Assembly: GCF_041950555.1 (NCBI RefSeq) | Contig: NZ_CP169531.1 | Coordinates: forward strand, 2,970,560-2,994,559 | Source of the DNA: Zobellella sp. DQSA1 | GTDB lineage: Bacteria > Pseudomonadota > Gammaproteobacteria > Enterobacterales > Aeromonadaceae | Reading direction: 5' to 3' | DNA: 24,000 nucleotides | In this document: one piece after another, positions 9,259 through 14,495 of the stretch | How positions within the stretch are numbered: the stretch's first letter is position 1 | Layout of the letters: each line of letters starts with the position of its first letter | Made by a program: the position numbers and the translations under genes | Notes under the pieces: model-generated | Told to the model about the DNA's origin: nothing | What the model saw: the letters and a program-made list of their open reading frames with translations, nothing else | Database searches by the model: none

Positions 9259-9867
9259 TCAGTAATACCAGTATCCCTGTCTCCAGTAGCCGAAGTATGA
9301 ATAACCCCGGTACCAGTAGCCGCGATAGTATTCACGCCAGTGCTGGCGCCAGCGATAATCCCCGGCCTCCCGTTGTTTCGCCTCGGCGGCTTCCGCCAAC
9401 AGGGAGGCTGACTCCTGATCTCCCTGGGCAGCCGCCATGGACAGCCATTTCTCCGCTTCTTGCGGATCGCTGCCCATTTCCTCGAGGCCGCTCAGGTAAT
9501 ATCCGCCCAGTGCTTGCTGGGCATGAAGCAGGCCGCTTTCGCCGGCCTTGCGCATCCATTGCAGCGCCTGGTAGCTGTTGCGTTGTATACCGTCACCACG
9601 GAAGTAACGCAGAGCGAGATCATAAGCCGCCCTGGGGTCACTGCTCGCCGCCTCTTCGAGTTTAAGTATTTGTTCGCTTTTGACGACCGGCGGCTCGTCC
9701 AGGTAGTCGGCGGTAGCAGAGGAAGAGGAACGTTCGGAACAGCCGGTGTCGTCGCAGAAACGCAGGGTTTCTTTAGAGGTGCTGGTAGCACAGGCGCTGA
9801 GGGTTACGGCGACGCCGACCAGAATGAGACATTTCTTCAGCGGGTTGCCCCTTGAATTGCTGACCAT
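9259..9867 (-). CDS. Sel1-repeat (SLR/TPR-like) lipoprotein with an aromatic/Arg/Gly-rich C-terminal tail
   Basis: The start is chosen at ATG 9867, which has AAGGAA about 9 nt upstream. The track start at 9894 is a GTG with no better support. The lipobox is LSAC (Cys26, +2 Ala). Sel1-type repeats are present (AAYDLALRYFRGDGIQRNSYQALQWMRKAGESG; HAQQALGGYYLSG...EAEKWLSMAAAQG). The tail reads DYRWRQHWREYYRGYWYRGYSYFGYWRQGYWYY. Confidence 0.75.
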   Translation of the reverse strand: MVSNSRGNPLKKCLILVGVAVTLSACATSTSKETLRFCDDTGCSERSSSSATADYLDEPPVVKSEQILKLEEAASSDPRAAYDLALRYFRGDGIQRNSYQALQWMRKAGESGLLHAQQALGGYYLSGLEEMGSDPQEAEKWLSMAAAQGDQESASLLAEAAEAKQREAGDYRWRQHWREYYRGYWYRGYSYFGYWRQGYWYY

Positions 9868-9950
9868 AGCGAAACATTCCTTGTAAATAGGCACAGGCTA
9901 AATAGAAAAATGCGGGACTCTTATTTTCAACCCAACCGTAAAAGCCAACA

Positions 9951-9970
9951 ACCTGTACTAAAGTACAGGT
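9951..9970 (-). promoter_or_regulatory. lux-box-type palindrome (candidate LuxR-family operator) upstream of the Sel1/CsgG-like operon
   Basis: ACCTGTACTAAAGTACAGGT has 9-bp perfectly complementary arms around a 2-nt centre. It matches the V. fischeri luxI lux box ACCTGTAGGATCGTACAGGT at 16/20 positions, with mismatches only at central positions 8, 9, 11 and 12. A minus-strand GAAAAT -10-like hexamer (9928..9923) lies 35 bp centre-to-centre downstream. Confidence 0.6.
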
Positions 9971-10619
9971 AGCCAGACTGTTATCCTCTGGGTATCTACG
10001 AGATGTCGCGTCAATAGTTTCCAGCGGCAGCGTGGGTTGACCATCCAGTGTCGGGATATTTTTTGAAGTCAGCGATAACGATATATTGGTACCACGGCGA
10101 TAGGTTAAATAGCTGTTCCGAATAGTAGATCACTGCCGACAGCGACCGGGGGCTGCTAAGCAGGCCCTTCGCGCCAGGGATGGCGCGGCGGAGCCCCCAA
10201 GGATGGGGTTACGGCGTGTCTGCGTGCGGTGTCCGCTCGATGTAGCACTATTAGGATCTATTATTTAAACAAGCGCGGCCATGATCTGCTCAAGTCAGCA
10301 CCGATGGTCACGACCTTCATGAATCAATACAGGAAACCAGCTCATGAATTTCAAACCATGTACTGGATAGGCCACAACATCCAGACTCCGGGCTGTCCCC
10401 GAATCTCGCCACGCGGTTGCCGCAGCCGAGCACGCCTGTACCCCACTTCAGTGCCGGGGCTTGGCGTGGTTACCGGCACGACATGAGCGAGACGAACACC
10501 AACACCTTGACAAAAAGTAGCGGGGCGTTTTCACACTTGGCTAAACTCAAGGCATGTCACCTCCGCTCACCCGGGCTATGGAATGGACTGCAAATATGAT
10601 GAACTCAGGGGATTGATGA

Positions 10620-11327
10620 ATGTTAGCCAAGAGTGATCTGCTCTTGACGCTTGATCTTATTTCCAAGTGCCTGGAGATAAGAAGTCAAGAGAACCTCAAG
10701 GAACTAAAGGACACCCTAAGCAAAGAGCTGGGCATCAGTTCCATGGTTGCCGGTCGTGTATGTCGGTACACCAAAGTTGAAACCGGATATTTTTTTGGCA
10801 TAAGTGAAGAATGGAGTAGGTTATATATAGAAAACAATTATTCCATGGTGGATCCTGTATTTAATTTATCTATCAGATCCTCTGTCCCCTTCCTGTGGGC
10901 GACTGCTTACTCCCGCGCTGGCCATAACAGTAACGAGTTTATCCAACGCGCCAGGGATTTCTCTCTGATGGAAGGCATTTGCTATGCACCAAAGGATTAC
11001 TCAATGGTGGCCGATACCACAGTGGTATCGCTTGGAAATGGAAAAACGCCTTTAGATCGTATGCAAGTCGAGATTATCAAGCATCTCATCCCCCATATTG
11101 CTGAAACCCTGATGCGGCCTTCCCTGTGGAACAATCCAAGATTAACGCCAAAAGAGATAGAAGTTATCAAATGGTGTGCTCATGGCAAGTCTTACTGGGA
11201 GATTTCCCTGGTCATGTCCATTTCCGAGCGAACGGTAAAATTTCATATGAATAATATCTTCAAAAAGCTGGATGTCCTGAATAAGGCCCAGGCTGTAGCC
11301 AGATGCATGAGCTTGGGATACGTGTAG
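10620..11327 (+). CDS. LuxR-family transcriptional regulator with an autoinducer-binding domain and no adjacent luxI (LuxR solo)
   Basis: 235 aa. The C-terminus is a GerE/LuxR helix-turn-helix (HTH) domain (LTPKEIEVIKWCAHGKSYWEISLVMSISERTVKFHMNNIFKKLDV). The N-terminal domain carries W65, Y69, D78, P79, W93 and G119, and the first five have exactly the spacing of TraR W57/Y61/D70/P71/W85. AGGGGA lies 7 nt upstream of the ATG. Confidence 0.85.
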   Translation: MLAKSDLLLTLDLISKCLEIRSQENLKELKDTLSKELGISSMVAGRVCRYTKVETGYFFGISEEWSRLYIENNYSMVDPVFNLSIRSSVPFLWATAYSRAGHNSNEFIQRARDFSLMEGICYAPKDYSMVADTTVVSLGNGKTPLDRMQVEIIKHLIPHIAETLMRPSLWNNPRLTPKEIEVIKWCAHGKSYWEISLVMSISERTVKFHMNNIFKKLDVLNKAQAVARCMSLGYV

Positions 11328-11382
11328 GCCCAACTCCACGGGAGCAACTGTCCGTCATCGGTACCGGGCAAGGTAAACAGCC

Positions 11383-12618
11383 ATGAGCGAGCATTCCGGA
11401 GATTCGTTCATCACCATGGCGGCACACGCCCTCGCACAGGGAGATCCCCTGGGAGCGCTCGCTCGGATCGCCCTTCACGATGACGCGCCTTCGCTTGCAC
11501 TGCGCGGCATCGCGATGGCGCAGCTTGGCGACTTCGCTCGTGCCAAGGCGCTCTTGCGCAGGGCGACACATGCCTTCGGGCCGAAGGAAGCCATCGCCCG
11601 GTCGAAGTGTGTCGTGGCCGAGGCCGAAATTGCACTCGCCTCGCGAGACCTGAACTGGCCGGCCAAGAGGCTCGATATGGCGCGGGCGCTATTGGAAAAG
11701 CACGGCGACCGGGCCAACGCCGCCCATGCACGGAACATAGACATCCGGCGCCAGCTTCTGCTCGGTCGCCTCGACGACGTCGAAGCGGCGCTCGCCGGGA
11801 TCGATCCCTCGCCCTATTCCCCCCTATTGAAAACCATTCACGAGCTGATAACGGCGGGAGTCGCCCTCCGCCGCCTTCAAACAAAAAGGGCCCGCTCGGC
11901 CCTCACGCGGGCCGAACGGGCCGCTCGTCAGGCAGGCATTCCCGCACTGCTGGCGGAAGTCGAAAGTGCCGCTCTCGCCCTGAGTACCCCCGCCGCTCGT
12001 TTGATCCGACGAGGCCGGGAACGGCCGCTCCTGCTGGAGGAGGTAGCGGCATTACTGGCGTCAGAGGCGTTCGTCGTGGACGCCTGCCGCCATGCTGTGT
12101 GCGATGCGAACGCAACGGTCTCGCTTGCGGGACGCCCGGTGTTGTTCACCCTCGCCCGCCTGCTGGGCGAGGCCTGGCCCGGCGACGTGCCGAGGAACGT
12201 CCTCATTGCCCGTGCCTTCCGGACCAAGTTTGCCGATGATACCCATCGCGTTCGGCTGCGTGTAGAAATGGGCCGGCTTCGCAAATTGCTGCAGACACTG
12301 GCCGAGGTACGTGCGACGACGCAGGGATTTGCGTTGGTTCCGAGCCGCGCCAGGGAGGTCGTCGTACTGGCGCGACCCATCGAAGAAAAGCATGGGGAAG
12401 TGCTGGCCCTGCTTGCCGACGGTGAAACCTGGTCGAGTTCAGCCCTGGCACTGGCGTTGGGGGCCAGCCAACGCACCGTACAGCGGGCTCTCGAGTCGCT
12501 TGCGCACTCGGGCAAGGTGCAATCATTCGGGCACGGGCGTTCACGCCGTTGGGGACTTCCGCCGCTCCCGGGATTCACGACAACCTTGTTACTCCTGACG
12601 TCGCCCCCGGGGGGCTAG
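11383..12618 (+). CDS. Multidomain transcriptional regulator: helical/TPR-like N-terminus, OmpR/PhoB-like winged helix, C-terminal HTH
   Basis: 411 aa and Ala/Leu/Arg-rich. The central segment VSLAGRPVLFTLARLLGEAWPGDVPRNVLIARAF..DTHRVRLRVEMGRLRKLL resembles a Trans_reg_C winged helix. The C-terminal WSSSALALALGASQRTVQRALESLAHSGKV is an HTH. The function is otherwise unknown. Confidence 0.6.
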   Translation: MSEHSGDSFITMAAHALAQGDPLGALARIALHDDAPSLALRGIAMAQLGDFARAKALLRRATHAFGPKEAIARSKCVVAEAEIALASRDLNWPAKRLDMARALLEKHGDRANAAHARNIDIRRQLLLGRLDDVEAALAGIDPSPYSPLLKTIHELITAGVALRRLQTKRARSALTRAERAARQAGIPALLAEVESAALALSTPAARLIRRGRERPLLLEEVAALLASEAFVVDACRHAVCDANATVSLAGRPVLFTLARLLGEAWPGDVPRNVLIARAFRTKFADDTHRVRLRVEMGRLRKLLQTLAEVRATTQGFALVPSRAREVVVLARPIEEKHGEVLALLADGETWSSSALALALGASQRTVQRALESLAHSGKVQSFGHGRSRRWGLPPLPGFTTTLLLLTSPPGG

Positions 12619-12653
12619 GATAAAAACAAATACCCGGCAACGAGGATAGCGAC

Positions 12654-13289
12654 ATGAAACGAACAACAGCCGACATCATTCATGAATATGGCCCCTTTCC
12701 GGGAGTAGACGCCGTACATGGGGTAACCTACGACGGAAGGCAGGTCTGGTTTGCCAGCGGAGACAGGTTGCACGCCCTGGATCCGGCGAGCGGGAAGACA
12801 CAAGGTGCTATCGATGTCACCGCCAATGCGGGAACGGCTTTCGACGGCCATTACCTGTTCCAGCTCGGCGGGGATTGCATCCAGAAGATAGAGCCGCAAA
12901 GCGGCCGGGTCGTCGCCACACTCCCGGCACCCGGCGGTGATGGCTGCAATGCCGGGCTTACCTGGGCCGAAGGATCGCTCTGGCTGGGACGGTACCAGGA
13001 CCGGAAGATCCTTCAACTCGATCCCCAGACCGGGGAGGTGCTTCGTACCATCGATTCCAACCGCTTCGTCACCGGAGTCACTTGGGTTGATGGCGAGCTG
13101 TGGCACGGCACCTGGGAAGGCGACGAGAGTGAATTGAGGCACATCGATCCACGAACAGGCGAGGTTCTGGCCACGATCGAGATGCCCCCCGGGACAGGAG
13201 TATCGGGGTTGGAGTCTGATGGCCGGGAGCGATTCTATTGCGGAGGAGGTGATAGCGGTAAAGTGAGGGCCGTACTCCGTCCGAAATGA
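12654..13289 (+). CDS. Glutaminyl-cyclase-like (Glu_cyclase_2-type) beta-propeller protein with no signal peptide
   Basis: 211 aa with repeated blades of the form G(L/V)T(W/Y)xDGxLW...(L/I)DPxTG(E/K)V(L), for example GLTWAEGSLWLGRYQDRKILQLDPQTGEVL and GVTWVDGELWHGTW..LRHIDPRTGEVL. The family call is from recognised pattern only. Confidence 0.5.
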   Translation: MKRTTADIIHEYGPFPGVDAVHGVTYDGRQVWFASGDRLHALDPASGKTQGAIDVTANAGTAFDGHYLFQLGGDCIQKIEPQSGRVVATLPAPGGDGCNAGLTWAEGSLWLGRYQDRKILQLDPQTGEVLRTIDSNRFVTGVTWVDGELWHGTWEGDESELRHIDPRTGEVLATIEMPPGTGVSGLESDGRERFYCGGGDSGKVRAVLRPK

Positions 13290-13345
13290 TGCGCCATGAC
13301 ATAAAGGCGGTTTTCTCCTGCCGACACCACCAGCCACACAACAGC

Positions 13346-13363
13346 GTGGCCCTTTGGGGCCAC
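13346..13363 (+). terminator. Possible hairpin downstream of the propeller gene
   Basis: GTGGCCC-tttg-GGGCCAC forms a 7-bp stem. No U-run follows, so terminator function is doubtful. Confidence 0.2.
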
Positions 13364-13602
13364 CTCCGTACCACACCACTCCCGAGCTCTGGCCCTTGGC
13401 CGAGCGCCACGCATTGAATGACTTCGCCCCCCTGGACAACGGGACCGATCAGCCTGATTTAGCCAGGCGGCGACCCAAGTCCCCTCGGCTCGGCTTTCTG
13501 CCTTTTTTTGCACAAATGAACAGCACCTTGACCAGGCTTGCGCCACCATGCCTAGTTTCTGGCCAAACGGTTGAACCAGACCTGTTTTTCGGGAAAAAAC
13601 GG

Positions 13603-13631
13603 TTGACGCTCCGGGGCCGGATACGCATAAT
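13603..13631 (+). promoter_or_regulatory. Stable-RNA-type sigma70 promoter of the tRNA operon
   Basis: -35 TTGACG (13603-13608), a 17-nt spacer, then -10 CATAAT (13626-13631). It is followed by a GC-rich discriminator (GCGCCCCG) and preceded by an A-tract (gggaaaaaacgg) resembling an UP element. It sits 40 nt upstream of the first tRNA. Confidence 0.55.
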
Positions 13632-13670
13632 GCGCCCCGTCCGGTGACGAGGAGTCATCGACAGCGAAGT

Positions 13671-13747
13671 GGCTATGTAGCTCAGTTGGTTAGAGCACAT
13701 CACTCATAATGATGGGGTCGCAGGTTCGAATCCCGCCATAGCCACCA
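13671..13747 (+). tRNA. tRNA-Met (CAU), elongator type
   Basis: GGCTATGTAGCTCAGTTGGTTAGAGCACATCACTCATAATGATGGGGTCGCAGGTTCGAATCCCGCCATAGCCACCA. The cloverleaf is readable, the anticodon loop is CTCATAA, and the CCA end is encoded. It is close to E. coli metT/metU. Confidence 0.95.
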
Positions 13748-13753
13748 CTCTGC

Positions 13754-13828
13754 TGGGGTATCGCCAAGCGGTAAGGCAGCGGGTTTTGATCCCGCCATTC
13801 CCAGGTTCGAATCCTGGTACCCCAGCCA
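13754..13828 (+). tRNA. tRNA-Gln (UUG)
   Basis: TGGGGTATCGCCAAGCGGTAAGGCAGCGGGTTTTGATCCCGCCATTCCCAGGTTCGAATCCTGGTACCCCAGCCA. The anticodon stem is GCGGG/CCCGC with loop TTTTGAT, and the CCA end is encoded. Confidence 0.95.
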
Positions 13829-13831
13829 TAT

Positions 13832-13906
13832 TATCTGTCAAGCTGGATTAACAGCGGGTTTTGCTCCCGGCCTCAGCGCCCAGGTTCGGAACTCGGTAAC
13901 CAGGCT
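13832..13906 (+). pseudogene. Decayed tRNA-Gln copy in the operon spacer
   Basis: It aligns by eye to the intact tRNA-Gln. CAGCGGGTTTTG (anticodon stem and loop) is identical and CCCAGGTTCG of the T-arm is retained. The acceptor stem, D-arm and T-stem complement are broken (..TTCGGAACTCGGTAACCAGGCTA). Confidence 0.5.
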
Positions 13907-13954
13907 ATTTTTTAAATGGCTGGCAATTGTGTTATAACTGCCAACCATCACTGT

Positions 13955-14029
13955 TGGGGTATCGCCAAGCGGTAAGGCAGCGGGTTTTGATCCCGCCATT
14001 CCCAGGTTCGAATCCTGGTACCCCAGCCA
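13955..14029 (+). tRNA. tRNA-Gln (UUG), identical to the copy at 13754
   Basis: 75/75 identical sequence, with the CCA end encoded. Confidence 0.95.
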
Positions 14030-14039
14030 TTTTTCATAA

Positions 14040-14107
14040 ATGGTTGAAGAAAAGCAGAGTTTGGCACCGGCATTTATGACCTGGTTCGTAGCTCGGCACT
14101 ACAGCCA
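14040..14107 (+). pseudogene. Second, more degraded tRNA-Gln-derived spacer
   Basis: AAGCAGAGTTTGGCACCGGCATT...CCTGGTTCGTAGCTCGGCACTACAGCCA parallels AGGCAGCGGGTTTTGATCCCGCCATT...CCAGGTTCGAATCCTGGTACCCCAGCCA. No cloverleaf can be drawn. Confidence 0.4.
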
Positions 14108-14141
14108 TTTAAACACCATTGAGGCGACTCAATGCTTATGT

Positions 14142-14218
14142 GGCTATGTAGCTCAGTTGGTTAGAGCACATCACTCATAATGATGGGGTCGCAGGTTCGA
14201 ATCCCGCCATAGCCACCA
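14142..14218 (+). tRNA. tRNA-Met (CAU), identical to the copy at 13671
   Basis: 77/77 identical sequence. Confidence 0.95.
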
Positions 14219-14225
14219 CTCTTTT

Positions 14226-14310
14226 GCGGGAGTGGCGAAATTGGTAGACGCACCAGATTTAGGTTCTGGCGCCGCAAGGTGTGCGAGTTCAAGTCTCGCC
14301 TCCCGCACCA
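14226..14310 (+). tRNA. leuW: tRNA-Leu (UAG), class II with a long variable arm
   Basis: GCGGGAGTGGCGAAATTGGTAGACGCACCAGATTTAGGTTCTGGCGCCGCAAGGTGTGCGAGTTCAAGTCTCGCCTCCCGCACCA. The anticodon loop is TTTAGGT. It matches my recollection of E. coli leuW. Confidence 0.95.
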
Positions 14311-14318
14311 TTAAAAAT

Positions 14319-14393
14319 TGGGGTATCGCCAAGCGGTAAGGCAGCGGGTTTTGATCCCGCCATTCCCAGGTTCGAATCCTGGTACCCCAGCCA
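14319..14393 (+). tRNA. tRNA-Gln (UUG), third identical copy
   Basis: 75/75 identical to 13754-13828. Confidence 0.95.
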
Positions 14394-14403
14394 TATCGAC
14401 ATC

Positions 14404-14432
14404 AAAAAGCCGGCCTCTGTGCCGGCTTTTTG
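14404..14432 (+). terminator. Rho-independent terminator of the tRNA operon
   Basis: AAAAAGCCGGC-ctctgt-GCCGGCTTTTT: a GC stem with flanking A and T runs, 10 nt after the last tRNA. Confidence 0.85.
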
Positions 14433-14448
14433 GTTTCTGGAATTCGTG

Positions 14449-14495
14449 ATTAGGGATTGGGCAATCCCGAGTCCCTAATCCCCAGTCCCCGCCCC
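14449..14495 (-). repeat. REP-like G-tract plus palindrome element abutting the ubiF stop codon
   Basis: Read on the minus strand (ubiF sense): GGGGCGGGGACTGGGGATTAGGGACTCGGGATTGCCCAATCCCTAAT. It contains GGGACTGGGGA (the reverse complement of the 5451-5504 array unit) and the palindromes GGGATT/AATCCC and ATTAGGGA/TCCCTAAT. It ends 1 nt from the ubiF stop (14496-14498). Confidence 0.8.

Noticed and set aside
10431-10455. Second lux-box-like half-site (CCTGTAC) upstream of the LuxR gene
   Set aside because: Only one arm is present (CCTGTACcccacttCAGTGC). The partner arm does not match GTACAGG, so this is not a credible operator.
10229-10599. Small ORFs (85 aa and 60 aa) in the long spacer upstream of the LuxR solo
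   Set aside because: They have no Shine-Dalgarno sequence and no recognisable domain, and their composition is Arg/Pro/Cys-rich. They are treated as non-coding, and the region is reported as an unexplained spacer instead.
12615-13439. 274-aa minus-strand ORF overlapping the propeller gene
   Set aside because: It is antisense to a frame with clear repeated beta-propeller blade motifs. Its own translation has no features.
13290-13670. tRNA-associated integrative island boundary (att site or integrase relic)
   Set aside because: The accessory DNA lies upstream of the tRNA operon promoter, not at a tRNA 3' end. I could find no integrase or direct repeat of a tRNA 3' segment. The tRNA-like relics are internal operon spacers.
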